Positions 28,372 to 38,351 are shown, counted from the first letter of the stretch. The stretch: DNA of 64,000 nt from an uncultured Candidatus Nemicrothrix sp. (GCA_964344055.1 CAYFLT010000014.1:2632-66631); one strand, 5' to 3'. Notes: generated by a model not told the origin, from the letters alone. Translations and numbers: made by a program.

Positions 28372-28764
28372 ATGACCACTCCGCTCACCCAAGCCACCGG
28401 CCGCCGCAAGCGCTCCGTCGCCCGTGTCCGCGTCCGCACCGGATCCGGCACCGTCACGGTCAACGGCCGTCCCGTCGCCGACTACTTCCCGGCGATGACC
28501 CATCGCATGCACTCTCTCGAGCCGCTCGAGGCCATCGAGGCCGGTGAGGCGTACGACATCGACGCCACCATCCACGGCGGCGGCACCACTGGTCAGGCCG
28601 GGGCGCTGCGCCTCGGTATCGCCCGTGCGCTGGTCGAGATCGACCCCGAACACCGCGACACCCTGAAGAAGGCCGGTTTCCTCACCCGCGACCCGCGGAA
28701 GAAGGAGTCGAAGAAGTACGGCCTCAAGAAGGCCCGAAAGGCGCCTCAGTACAGCAAGCGCTGA
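28372..28764 (+). CDS. rpsI: 30S ribosomal protein S9
   Basis: ...[11 protein letters not shown]...GGG..GQAGA.R.GIARAL...DPR.KE.KKYGL.KARK.PQ.SKR. Confidence 0.97.
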   Translation: MTTPLTQATGRRKRSVARVRVRTGSGTVTVNGRPVADYFPAMTHRMHSLEPLEAIEAGEAYDIDATIHGGGTTGQAGALRLGIARALVEIDPEHRDTLKKAGFLTRDPRKKESKKYGLKKARKAPQYSKR

Positions 28765-28808
28765 TCGCGAACCCTGTCGGCGGCACCCAGGTTGTCGATG
28801 GTGTTCCC

Positions 28809-30131
28809 GTGACTCTCAAGTTCGGCACCGACGGAATGCGTGGTGATGCGCGCTCCGAGCTCACGGCCGACCTGGTCGAACGGCTCGGACGTGCCGGCGC
28901 CGAGGTGCTCGGCGCCGATGGGTTCGCCGTCGGCCGCGACACGCGCGCGTCCGGTCCGGCGCTCGTCGACGCGCTGCATCGGGGCGTTGCCGCTGCGGGA
29001 GGATCGTCGGCCGATCTCGGGGTGGTGCCGACCCCGGCCGTGGCACTGTGGTGCCGACGCCATGACGTGGCCGGCGCGATGGTCTCTGCGTCGCACAATC
29101 CGTGGCACGACAACGGGGTGAAGTTCTTCGCGGCGGGCGGCTCGAAACTGCCCGACGAGATCCAGGACCGCCTGCAGGCCCGGTTCGAAGAGCTCCTCGT
29201 GAGCGAGCCGCCCGAGGCTTCGCCACGGGTCCGCGACCACCACGCCGAAGCAGTGGACGATCACGTCGACTCGGTGATCGCCAGCCTCGACGGCCGACGG
29301 CTGACGGGTCTGCGGGTGGTGGTGGACGCCGCCAACGGTGCGGCTGTCGCCGATGCCGAGGCTGCCCTGCGAGCACTCGGGGTCGAGCTCGTGATGGTCT
29401 TCGACCAGCCCGACGGCCACAACATCAACGCCGGCTGCGGCTCCACGTACCCGGCGGTGCTGCAGGAGGCCGTCATCGCCGAGAGCGCCGACGCGGGGAT
29501 CGCGTTCGACGGCGACGCCGACCGTCTGGTGGCCGTCGACCACACGGGCGAACTCGTCGACGGCGACCAGACGATCGCGATCTGCGCGCTCGACTCGCAT
29601 CGACGTGGGGTGCTGACCGGTGATGCGGTGGTGGTCACGGTCATGACCAACCTCGGGTTCCGCCGGGCCATGGCGGCCGCGGGTATCGAGGTCGTCGACA
29701 CCCGGGTCGGGGATCGCCACGTACTCGAGGCGCTCGACGAGCGGGGCCTCGGTCTCGGTGGCGAGCAGTCGGGACACGTCATCTTCCGCGAGCTCTCCTC
29801 AACCGGCGATGGACTCCTCACCGCGGTCCAGTTGCTCGACGTCGTTGCCCGCAGCGGCTCCTCGCTGGCCGAGCTGTCCTCGGCTGCGATGGTCCGCCTT
29901 CCTCAGGTGCTTCGCAACGTCACCCTGACCAGACGTCGTGAGGACCTCGACGAGCTCCTCGCTCCGCTCATCGCGGCGGCCGAAGCTCGACTGGCGGGGC
30001 GGGGTCGGGTGTTGATCCGGGCATCGGGCACCGAGCCGCTGGTGAGGGTGATGGTCGAAGCGGAGGCTGACGCCGAAGCGGAGATGGAGGCCGAGGGCCT
30101 CGCCAGTTCGATCGCATCCATCCTCGAGTGA
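28809..30131 (+). CDS. glmM: Phosphoglucosamine mutase
   Basis: FGTDGMRG, active-site SASHNPWHDNGVKFF, DGDADR, GGEQSGH. Confidence 0.95.
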   Translation: MTLKFGTDGMRGDARSELTADLVERLGRAGAEVLGADGFAVGRDTRASGPALVDALHRGVAAAGGSSADLGVVPTPAVALWCRRHDVAGAMVSASHNPWHDNGVKFFAAGGSKLPDEIQDRLQARFEELLVSEPPEASPRVRDHHAEAVDDHVDSVIASLDGRRLTGLRVVVDAANGAAVADAEAALRALGVELVMVFDQPDGHNINAGCGSTYPAVLQEAVIAESADAGIAFDGDADRLVAVDHTGELVDGDQTIAICALDSHRRGVLTGDAVVVTVMTNLGFRRAMAAAGIEVVDTRVGDRHVLEALDERGLGLGGEQSGHVIFRELSSTGDGLLTAVQLLDVVARSGSSLAELSSAAMVRLPQVLRNVTLTRRREDLDELLAPLIAAAEARLAGRGRVLIRASGTEPLVRVMVEAEADAEAEMEAEGLASSIASILE

Positions 30132-30232
30132 GCCCGGCGGCCCTGCGGCCGCCGCCCCGGAGCGCACCCCTACACTGCCTAGGTCGGACGGCCGACTGGG
30201 TACCGAACCTCTCACATGCCGCGGAGGCCAAA

Positions 30233-33200
30233 ATGTGCGGGATCATCGCCGTGGTACGGCGACCCTCGACTCGATCAACCCCTGAGGGCTCCGAGGTCCT
30301 CGCCCTCGTGAGCGACCTGGCAGCGTCGCTCGACGGCGCGGGTGATGTCACGGCTTCGCTGGCCGCGGCCGCGGATCGGCTCGAAGCGGCCGACGCCCTC
30401 CTGAGAGGCGTCCCCGGCCTCCGACTGATGCTCACCGATCATGCCTTGGCTGGTGCGCTCACCCACCACTGTGATGAGTTGCTGGCGGCCGTCGTCGCCG
30501 AAGAGGCCCGCCTCGAGGCGGGAGGCGATCTCGACACCGTTGCGCTCGAGGCCCGAAACCACGAGTTGATTCGGGTGCGAGACGGGCTCTGGGCCATCAC
30601 GCGGGACCGCCTCCGCGCGGCCCGGGTGGTGGGCGAACTGAGCGGTGGGACGATGACGCGTGGGGCGCTCGACGCCTTCTTGTCGGTCCACCAGGCCCTA
30701 TCCGCACTGGATCGCCTGGAGGTCCGGGGCCGGGACTCCGCCGGCCTGCATCTCCTCATCCGCGATCATGCCCTCGACCTCGACGACCCGGTCGTCCGGG
30801 CCGAGATCGAGCGGCGCTCGAACGACGAGAACTTCGGGACCGGATCGGTGCGGGTCGTCGACGGCGTACTCAGCGTGGTGCACAAGACCGCGGCCGAAAT
30901 CGGGGAGCTGGGCGACAACACCTCCTTCCTCCGCGATGCGTTCGCCGGCGACACCCTGCTCCACCAAGCGCTCGCCACCGACGACGCTCGCACGCTCGTA
31001 CTCGGACACACCCGCTGGGCGTCGATCGGCATCATCTCCGAACCGAACGCCCATCCGCTCAACAGCGATCTGCTCGATGTCGACGGCCCGTACGTCGTGG
31101 GCGCGCTCAACGGCGACGTCGACAACTTCGCCGATCTGATCGCCGGTGAAGGGGTGAGCATCGCCCCGTCGATCACCACCGACGCCAAGGTGATCCCCAG
31201 CCTGATGAGCAGGCGGCTCGACGAGGGCCACGAGTCGGCCGAGGCCTTCCGGCGTACCGTCGCCACGTTCGAGGGGTCGGTGGCCATCGGTGCGTGTACC
31301 GCGGCAGCGCCGGATCGCCTCCAACTCGCGCTCCGCGGCAGCGGTCAGGCCCTCTACGTCGGTCTGGCCGACGACGCCTACATCGTCGCCAGCGAGCCCT
31401 ACGGCGTGGTCGAGGAGACGGCCCGCTTCATCCGCATGGACGGTGAGACGCCCGGCAACCTGGACAACCCGAACGCCAGCCGTGGTCAGATCATCGAACT
31501 CGATGGTGACCTCGCCGGCACGCTGGAAGGAATCCTGCGGCGGAGCTACGACGGCACCGATCTCGCGGTGGCCGAAGAGGACGTCGCGGTGGCCCAGATC
31601 ACCACCCGCGACATCGACCGGGGCGATCACCCCCACTACCTCATGAAGGAGATCGGGGAGGCCCCGGATTCCTTCCGCAAGACCCTCCGGGGCAAGTTGG
31701 TGGAGGGTCCCGCGGGACCCATGGTGGCGCTCGGCCCCGAGATCTTCCCCGAAGAAGCCCGCCTCGGGCTTCGAGACGGTCGCATCCGGCGGATCATGGT
31801 GATCGGCCAGGGTACCGCCGCCGTGGCGGGGGAGAGTCTCGCCGCTGCGCTCGACGTACTCATCCCGGACGGTCGACTGGAGGCGGAGGCGATTCTCGCC
31901 ACGGAACTGTCAGGCTTCTCGCTGCGTTCCGACATGTCGGACACCCTGATCGTCGCCGTCAGCCAGTCGGGCACGACGACCGACACCAACCGCACGGTCG
32001 ACATCGTGCGAGCCCGAGGCGGGAGGGTCATCGCCATCGTCAATCGACGCGGGAGCGACCTCACGGATCGAGCCGACGGCGTGCTCTACACGTCCGACGG
32101 TCGGGACGTCGAGATGAGCGTTGCGTCCACCAAGGCCTTCTACAGCCAGATCGCCGCCGGACTCCTGTTGGCGATCGCGGTCGCCGACGAGCTGCTCGGA
32201 GAGGAAGGATCCGCCGATCGCCGATCCCTCCTGGAGAGCATCAGCGCGATCCCGGAGGCGATGGAGACGGTCATCGCTCGTCGTGACCAGATCGGCGATG
32301 CGGCCCGCCAGTTCGCGCCGAGCCGCCGCTACTGGGCACTCGTGGGGAACGGCGCGAACCGCATCGCGGCCCAGGAGGTCCGGATCAAGCTGTCGGAGCT
32401 CTGTTACAAGTCGATCGCCGCGGACTCGACCGAGGACAAGAAGCACATCGATCTGTCTTCGGAACCCTTGATCCTGGTGTGCGCCGCCGGCCTGTCCGGG
32501 TCCACCGCCGACGACGTCGCCAAGGAGGTGGCGATCTTCCGGGCCCACAAGGCGGCACCGATCGTGGTGGCCGACGAGGACGAAGCCCGGTTCGATGCCG
32601 CGCTCGCGGTGCTTCCCGTCCCCGCCGTCGACCCAAGGCTGGGGTTCATCCTGTCGGCGATGGCCGGACATCTCTTCGGATACGAAGCGGCGTTGGCCAT
32701 CGATGCCCAGGCCATGCCGTTGCGCGAAGCCCGCAGCGCGATCGAACAGGCGGCAGCGCGCACCGACATCAACGGTGAGGCCGCCCTCGCCTCGGTCGAG
32801 GCGGTCCTCGAACGAACGGCCACGGTCTTCTTCGACGGTCTGCGAACGGGGGCCTACAACGGCCATCTGGAGGCGTCTTCCGCCGTGAAGGTGGCTTCAT
32901 TGCTCCGGTTTGCACTCGGGTCGTCGCCCCTCGAGGCGTATCAGATCGAGTACGGCAAGGTCGGCACGCCGGCGGTGGTGCTCGACGATCTCGTCCGGGC
33001 GCTCACCGTCGCCATCGAGGAGCTGACCCGGCCGATCGATGCGATCAAGCACCAGGCGAAGACGGTCACGGTCGGAATCTCCCGTACCGACGAGACGCTT
33101 CTCGAGGTGCCGCTGGCGCGAGCAGTCCTGGACGCGGGTGCGCCGCGGGATCGGCTCAGTTATGCGTCGTTGCGCACACTCGCCGATCTCGATCCGGCGG

Positions 33201-33667
33201 TGGCGGAGGTGCTCGGCCACACCCGCTACCGGATCGAGGGCCTCGGCGAGGACGGCACGGGTGATGCCACTTCGGTGGTCGTCGACCGCGGCGGTATCAG
33301 CCGCAACATCCCGTCCCGCACCGATCGCACCCCGACCCTCCGCGGCACCAAACACCAGGTCGCACTCGAGCGGCGGGTGTTCGTGGCCCGCGGGCGAAGC
33401 GATGACCGGACGGTCGTGATCGTGCCGGAGCTCAAGGACGGCGTGACTACGGGCCTCACGCTGCTCCAGGTGCGCTTCGCCGACGGCTTGTCGCCGGCCG
33501 CGGCGCGGGGAGTCCTGCAGGGCTATCGCAACCGGTATTCCGCACTGCGCGACGCGGTCACCGAGACCGAGCCGACGTTCCGCGAGGACCTCCTGGCCGA
33601 GCAGAACGTGAGTGACCTGCTCACCCTCCCGATCAACGCCTTGGCCGATCGCTGGCGGATCGCCTGA
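30233..33667 (+). CDS. glmS: Giant (1144 aa) GlmS-like glutamine--fructose-6-phosphate aminotransferase homolog: Ntn-GATase with ~145-aa insert, two SIS domains, ~330-aa C-terminal extension
   Basis: MCGII N-terminus, RGRDSAG, HTRWASIG..NAHP, HYLMKEIGEAP, SQSGTTTDT, VASTKAF, KH, internal ...HQAKTVTVG... resembling the canonical C-terminal KSVTVE. Sits in the syntenic glmS slot after glmM. Confidence 0.75.
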   Translation: MCGIIAVVRRPSTRSTPEGSEVLALVSDLAASLDGAGDVTASLAAAADRLEAADALLRGVPGLRLMLTDHALAGALTHHCDELLAAVVAEEARLEAGGDLDTVALEARNHELIRVRDGLWAITRDRLRAARVVGELSGGTMTRGALDAFLSVHQALSALDRLEVRGRDSAGLHLLIRDHALDLDDPVVRAEIERRSNDENFGTGSVRVVDGVLSVVHKTAAEIGELGDNTSFLRDAFAGDTLLHQALATDDARTLVLGHTRWASIGIISEPNAHPLNSDLLDVDGPYVVGALNGDVDNFADLIAGEGVSIAPSITTDAKVIPSLMSRRLDEGHESAEAFRRTVATFEGSVAIGACTAAAPDRLQLALRGSGQALYVGLADDAYIVASEPYGVVEETARFIRMDGETPGNLDNPNASRGQIIELDGDLAGTLEGILRRSYDGTDLAVAEEDVAVAQITTRDIDRGDHPHYLMKEIGEAPDSFRKTLRGKLVEGPAGPMVALGPEIFPEEARLGLRDGRIRRIMVIGQGTAAVAGESLAAALDVLIPDGRLEAEAILATELSGFSLRSDMSDTLIVAVSQSGTTTDTNRTVDIVRARGGRVIAIVNRRGSDLTDRADGVLYTSDGRDVEMSVASTKAFYSQIAAGLLLAIAVADELLGEEGSADRRSLLESISAIPEAMETVIARRDQIGDAARQFAPSRRYWALVGNGANRIAAQEVRIKLSELCYKSIAADSTEDKKHIDLSSEPLILVCAAGLSGSTADDVAKEVAIFRAHKAAPIVVADEDEARFDAALAVLPVPAVDPRLGFILSAMAGHLFGYEAALAIDAQAMPLREARSAIEQAAARTDINGEAALASVEAVLERTATVFFDGLRTGAYNGHLEASSAVKVASLLRFALGSSPLEAYQIEYGKVGTPAVVLDDLVRALTVAIEELTRPIDAIKHQAKTVTVGISRTDETLLEVPLARAVLDAGAPRDRLSYASLRTLADLDPAVAEVLGHTRYRIEGLGEDGTGDATSVVVDRGGISRNIPSRTDRTPTLRGTKHQVALERRVFVARGRSDDRTVVIVPELKDGVTTGLTLLQVRFADGLSPAAARGVLQGYRNRYSALRDAVTETEPTFREDLLAEQNVSDLLTLPINALADRWRIA

Positions 33668-33706
33668 ACCAGGACCCGCGGGCACCGGGCCGGTAGGGTC
33701 CGGAGC

Positions 33707-34078
33707 GTGCTCGGTATCGGAACCGACCTCGTCGACATCGACCGATTCCGCGTCGTCCTCGAACGGACCCCGGGGATGATCGATCGGCTCTTCTGCGCCG
33801 CCGAGCAGGAGTACGCCGAGAGTTCGGGTGATCCGGCGAGGCCCTACGCGGCGCGGTTCGCCGCGAAGGAAGCCACTCTCAAATCGCTCGGCGCCGGGCT
33901 GGGCGCAATGCGCTTCACCGACATCGAGGTCGTCCGGCACTCCGACGGTCGCCCGGAGCTGGTTCTCCACGGGGCGGCGGCCGAGTTCGCCGCCGGACGC
34001 GGGGCGGAACGGTTCCTCGTCTCGCTCAGCCACACCGACACCCTCGCCCAGGCCGTCGTGGTCGCTCTGGCCCCATGA
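33707..34078 (+). CDS. acpS: Holo-[acyl-carrier-protein] synthase
   Basis: MLGIGTDLVDIDRF..., ...FAAKEA..K..G..., ...SLSH....A.A.V. Confidence 0.92.
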   Translation: MLGIGTDLVDIDRFRVVLERTPGMIDRLFCAAEQEYAESSGDPARPYAARFAAKEATLKSLGAGLGAMRFTDIEVVRHSDGRPELVLHGAAAEFAAGRGAERFLVSLSHTDTLAQAVVVALAP

Positions 34079-35430
34079 TCCCGATCGTCACGCCGACGGA
34101 GATGAACGCCGTCGACGCGGCAGCTCCCGAACCGGTCGATGTGTTGATCGACCGAGCCGCGCGGGAGGTGGCCCGGGCCGCACTCCGGATGCTCGGAGGC
34201 GTGTATGGCCGCCGGGTCGCAGTCGTGGCCGGCCCCGGCAACAACGGGGCGGACGGGATCGTGGCGGCCCGCCATCTCGAACGACGGGGCGTTCGCTGCC
34301 GCGTCCATCTCGTCGCCGACGGGCTGCCGTCCCGGCTCGGCGACATCGATCTGGTGATCGACGCGGCCTTCGGGACGGGGCTCTCACGCCCGTTCCGCTT
34401 CCCCGCGGTGGCCGAAGGTGTGCCGGTACTGGCGGTCGACATCCCGTCCGGTGTCGACGGCCTCACCGGTCAGGTGATGGGGGAACCGGCTAGAGCGAAC
34501 CGCACGGTGACCTTCGCGGCGCTCAAGCCCGGTCTCGTGCTCGAGCCGGGACGATCGCTGGCGGGTGCGGTGGACGTGGTCGACATCGGTCTCGACGTCG
34601 GACCGGCGCTCGCCGAGGCAACGGAGTCGCGCGACCTCGACCGGATGCTGGCGCCCCGACCTGCCGATCACCACAAGTGGCGAAGTGCAGTGCGGGTGAT
34701 CGGCGGCAGCGAGGGGATGACCGGTGCTCCGGCTCTGGCGGCCCGTGCCGCGCAACGGGTCGGTGCCGGTCTCGTGCAGCTCGCCATCCCCGGAGGGCGG
34801 GGCGTTGAAGGTCCGGTCGAAGCGGTGGTGCATTCGCTCCCCACCACAGGGTGGGGACCGGACGCGATCGCAGGACTCGAGCGACTTCAGGCCGTGCTGG
34901 TGGGACCCGGGCTCGGAACGGCAGACCACCCCAGCGTGGGTGACGTGCTCGCGATCGATCGCCCACTGGTTGTCGACGGTGACGCGCTCCAGGCCGACAT
35001 CGTGAAGGCGGTTGCCCGGCGGACGGCGCCGACGATCCTCACGCCGCACGAGGGTGAGTGGCGACGACTCGGGGGCAGCACCGACGCCGACCAGCTCGAG
35101 GCCGCGCGAGCATTCGCGTCCGCCACCGGCGACATCGTCGTTCGCAAGGGGCCGACGACGATCATCGCCGCCCCTGACGAACCGGTCCGGGTGGTGACCG
35201 CCGGCACGGCAGCGCTCGCCACGGCCGGGAGTGGGGACATCCTCGCCGGCGTGATCCTCGGTCTCCTCGCCCGGGGCCTCCGCCCGATCGACGCCGCGGT
35301 CGGTGGGGCCCAGATCCATGCCGAGGCCGCCGCTCACGATCCTCACGGCCTCATCGCCGGCGACCTCGTCGACCGCATCCCGACCGTTCTCGCCCGTGTC
35401 GCGGGCCGTCGTGGCGGGGATGCGGCCTGA
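34075..35430 (+). CDS. nnr: Bifunctional NAD(P)H-hydrate repair enzyme (epimerase/ADP-dependent dehydratase)
   Basis: YjeF_N part (GPGNNGADG, DAAFGTGL) plus carbohydrate-kinase part (HKW.., GPGLG, LTPHEGE, TAGSGD.LAG). Confidence 0.9.
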   Translation: MIPIVTPTEMNAVDAAAPEPVDVLIDRAAREVARAALRMLGGVYGRRVAVVAGPGNNGADGIVAARHLERRGVRCRVHLVADGLPSRLGDIDLVIDAAFGTGLSRPFRFPAVAEGVPVLAVDIPSGVDGLTGQVMGEPARANRTVTFAALKPGLVLEPGRSLAGAVDVVDIGLDVGPALAEATESRDLDRMLAPRPADHHKWRSAVRVIGGSEGMTGAPALAARAAQRVGAGLVQLAIPGGRGVEGPVEAVVHSLPTTGWGPDAIAGLERLQAVLVGPGLGTADHPSVGDVLAIDRPLVVDGDALQADIVKAVARRTAPTILTPHEGEWRRLGGSTDADQLEAARAFASATGDIVVRKGPTTIIAAPDEPVRVVTAGTAALATAGSGDILAGVILGLLARGLRPIDAAVGGAQIHAEAAAHDPHGLIAGDLVDRIPTVLARVAGRRGGDAA

Positions 35431-36581
35431 TGCCGTACGCGGACGTCGACCTCGCCGCGGTTCGCTCGAACATCACCACGATGCTCGGACACGCGGGGAC
35501 CGCGGTGTGTGCGGTCGTGAAAGCCGACGCGTACGGCCATGGAGCGGCAGCCGTGGCGGCCGCCGCGATCGAGGGCGGAGCCACGTGGTTGGCGGTAGCC
35601 ACCGCCCACGAAGCGTTGGCGGTCGCATCCGCGGTTCCCGACGGAACCCCGATCCTGGTTCTCTCCGAGCGACCCTCCGAGGAGCTGGAACTCCTTGCTG
35701 CGGACCGGCCGAGCGGTCTTCGCCTCACCGTTGGCTCGACCTTCGGCCTGGAGTTTGCAGCCAGTCTCGGAGCTCATCTCCCCGTACATCTCGAGATCGA
35801 CACCGGGATGCACCGGATGGGCGCGGATCCGAGCGAGGCCATGACCCTGGCGCGGGCGATCGTCGACGCACCAGGTCTGGTGCTCGAGGGGGTGTGGACC
35901 CACATGGCCGTCGCCGACGAACCCGCCGATCCGTTCACGGACATCCAGCTCGACCGGTTCGACCGGGTGCTCGCGGATCTCGGCGAATCCGGGCTGCGAC
36001 CTCCGCTCGTGCATGCGGCGAACTCGGCAGCGGCGATCGCCTACCCGCGGGCGCGTGGCGACTTCGTCCGAATGGGCATCACGCTCTACGGCGTACCACC
36101 CAGCAAGGAGATGGAGGGCACGATCCCTCTCGCGCCGGCCATGACGATCCGGGCCCCCGTCACTGCACTCCGCACCATCGATGCGGGTGAGACGGTGTCG
36201 TACGGCCGTCGCTGGACCGCTACCGAACGTACTCGGATCGCCACCGTGCCGGTGGGGTATGCCGACGGTGTGCGCCGTTCCGCCAACCGTGTCGGGATGG
36301 AAGTGTTGATCGGGGGCGTCCGTCGGCCGGTGGTCGGAACGGTGACGATGGATCAGATCATGGTTGTGGTCGACGACGACGTGAGGATCGGCGACGAGGT
36401 GGTCGTGCGAGTGGCCACCGGATCGATGTGGTCGGCCACGAGGCGACGGCGTGGCGATGGCGCCTCAGGGGCGCGGCGGTCACACTCGCCGGGCAGGCCA
36501 TCGAGTGGACCGCTGCCAACGGCCCGCCCGACGTCCTCGTGGCCACCGACATGCTCGATCTCTCCGCCTTCCTCGGCCTGA
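35430..36581 (+). CDS. alr: Alanine racemase; last ~58 codons of the ORF do not resemble Alr (3' end apparently lost/fused)
   Basis: VVKADAYGHG (PLP Lys), ...VSYGRRW...VPVGYADG...GTVTMDQ...GDEVVV. Followed by R/G/S/P-rich sequence that overlaps the next gene by 154 nt. Confidence 0.8.
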   Translation: MPYADVDLAAVRSNITTMLGHAGTAVCAVVKADAYGHGAAAVAAAAIEGGATWLAVATAHEALAVASAVPDGTPILVLSERPSEELELLAADRPSGLRLTVGSTFGLEFAASLGAHLPVHLEIDTGMHRMGADPSEAMTLARAIVDAPGLVLEGVWTHMAVADEPADPFTDIQLDRFDRVLADLGESGLRPPLVHAANSAAAIAYPRARGDFVRMGITLYGVPPSKEMEGTIPLAPAMTIRAPVTALRTIDAGETVSYGRRWTATERTRIATVPVGYADGVRRSANRVGMEVLIGGVRRPVVGTVTMDQIMVVVDDDVRIGDEVVVRVATGSMWSATRRRRGDGASGARRSHSPGRPSSGPLPTARPTSSWPPTCSISPPSSA

Positions 36582-37444
36582 CGAGGAGGGTTCTGGGCAC
36601 CGTGCCCACCGTCCTCTACCTCCACGAGAACCAGCTCACCTACCCTCGCCGGGCCGGAGAGGCGCTCGATCAGGGACTGGCCTGGGCGAACTGGCGCAGC
36701 CTGGTCGCCGCCGATCAGATCTGGTGCAACTCTGCGTTCCACCGAGACGAGCTGGTCGAGGCCTTGCCGAAGTTCCTCGCGGCGGTACCCGATCACGATC
36801 ATGTCGGGGTGCTGGACGAAGTGAGACGACGCATGGTGGTCGAGCCCGTCGGAGTCGACTCCCGCCGGCTGGCGCGCATCGAGCGGCAGTCCTCGGGAGG
36901 CCCGCCGCTGGTCCTGTCGAATCACCGCTGGCACCACGACAAGGACGTCGGCGCCGTTGTCCGCGCCCTGCTCCGGCTGGCCGACGAGGGGCTCGAGTTC
37001 CGTGCCGCCATCGTCGGCGATGACAGAGGTGGTGAGGCGGACGTCATCGATCCCCTGATCGACCGGCTCGGTAGCCGCGTGCTGCACCGGGGCCGGCTCG
37101 ACCGGGATACCTACGAGCGGGTGCTGAGCCAGACCGATGTGGTCGTCTCGGCGGCCCGCAACGAGTTCTTCGGGATCGCGGTCGCCGAGGCGGTGGCAGC
37201 GGGCGCGTGGCCGGTGGTTCCGGCCGGACTCGCCTACCCCGAGGTCATCGCGCCCCAGCACCACGGCGTCACGCTCTACGGGCCCGGAGATCTCACCGAC
37301 CGACTCCGTTCCACGATCCAGAATGTCGGACTGGGGCACGATTCGATCGCCGGCCTCCGGGAATCGATGGACCGCTTCGACTGGGCGGTGATCGCGGCTC
37401 GCTACGACGCCCGGGTCGACGAGCTCGCGGACTCGCGCGGCTGA
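36428..37444 (+). CDS. GTDC1/QTMAN-like glycosyltransferase (DUF3524 N-domain + GT4 domain), N-terminus apparently truncated
   Basis: WRWRLRG, LYLHENQLTYP, NHRWHHDKD and ARNEFFGIAVAEAVAAGAWPV...LAYPEVI align with remembered human GTDC1 motifs (WHWRART, LYFHENQLIYP, PHRWEHDKD, AKHEFFGVAVVEA...LVYPEIF). The usual Met...GGSH start region is lacking. Confidence 0.7.
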   Translation: MVGHEATAWRWRLRGAAVTLAGQAIEWTAANGPPDVLVATDMLDLSAFLGLTRRVLGTVPTVLYLHENQLTYPRRAGEALDQGLAWANWRSLVAADQIWCNSAFHRDELVEALPKFLAAVPDHDHVGVLDEVRRRMVVEPVGVDSRRLARIERQSSGGPPLVLSNHRWHHDKDVGAVVRALLRLADEGLEFRAAIVGDDRGGEADVIDPLIDRLGSRVLHRGRLDRDTYERVLSQTDVVVSAARNEFFGIAVAEAVAAGAWPVVPAGLAYPEVIAPQHHGVTLYGPGDLTDRLRSTIQNVGLGHDSIAGLRESMDRFDWAVIAARYDARVDELADSRG

Positions 37445-37471
37445 CCTCGGCCGCGGCACTAAGTTCGGATC

Positions 37472-38329
37472 GTGGATCTCGAGATCGACGGTGTCACCGC
37501 AGGGCACTGGACCGATGACGAAGGCGGCACGGGTTGCACCGTGGTCCGGTTCCCGGAGGGGACCGTGGCCTCAGGTGAGATCCGAGGCGGTTCGCCGGCC
37601 TCCCGCGAGTTCGACCTTCTCGATCCGGCTCGGGCCGTCCATCGACTCGATGCAGCCGTGCTCACGGGAGGGTCCGCGTTCGGTCTCGCGGCGGCGGATG
37701 GGGTGATGGCCGCCCTGGAAGCGGAGGGCGTCGGGTTCCCGACCCGGGCGGGGGTCGTACCCATCGTGGCCGCGCTCGCACTCTTCGATCTAGAGGAAGG
37801 TCGGGCCCGTCCATCGGCGGCGTCCGGTCGGGCCGCTCTCGCCGCGGCCACCGGCCACCTCCCGACGGGCCGGGTGGGCGCCGGCGCCGGCGCCACCATC
37901 GCGAAGTGGCGGGGCCCGGAGGCCACCAGACCAGGGGGCCTTGGAGTCTCGGTGATGAGGAGTGGTGCGCTGCGGGTTGCGGCGATCGTCGCCGTCAACG
38001 CGGCAGGCGAGGTCGACGATGGCACGACCCTCCAGACCGTCCGTCGAGGCGGCTTCGTGTGGCCGGAGCCGACCGGGTTCTCCAACACCACCATCGGCGT
38101 GCTCGTCACAAACGGCGCGCTCAGCAAGACCGAGTGCCTTCTCGTCGCGCAGGGCGCCCACGATGGACTGGCACGCGCACTGGTTCCACCCCACATGCGA
38201 GCCGACGGCGACGGCTTCATCGCCGCGGCCACGGGCGGGATCGAGGCCGACGTCGACCTCGTTCGCCTGCTGGCTGTGACCGCGGTGGAACAGGCCATCC
38301 GCACCGGGGTCGATACGCTCGACGTGTGA
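37472..38329 (+). CDS. Peptidase S58 (DmpA/P1 aminopeptidase) family protein
   Basis: [19 protein letters not shown]..., ...LTGGSAFGL..., nucleophile context [11 protein letters not shown]. Confidence 0.8.
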   Translation: MDLEIDGVTAGHWTDDEGGTGCTVVRFPEGTVASGEIRGGSPASREFDLLDPARAVHRLDAAVLTGGSAFGLAAADGVMAALEAEGVGFPTRAGVVPIVAALALFDLEEGRARPSAASGRAALAAATGHLPTGRVGAGAGATIAKWRGPEATRPGGLGVSVMRSGALRVAAIVAVNAAGEVDDGTTLQTVRRGGFVWPEPTGFSNTTIGVLVTNGALSKTECLLVAQGAHDGLARALVPPHMRADGDGFIAAATGGIEADVDLVRLLAVTAVEQAIRTGVDTLDV

Positions 38330-38351
38330 CGTCCACCGCCCGGAGACGGCG

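Noticed and set aside
30132-30232. glmS ribozyme/riboswitch upstream of the GlmS-like gene
   Set aside because: The 100-nt leader is too short and shows none of the conserved glmS ribozyme core that I can recognise.
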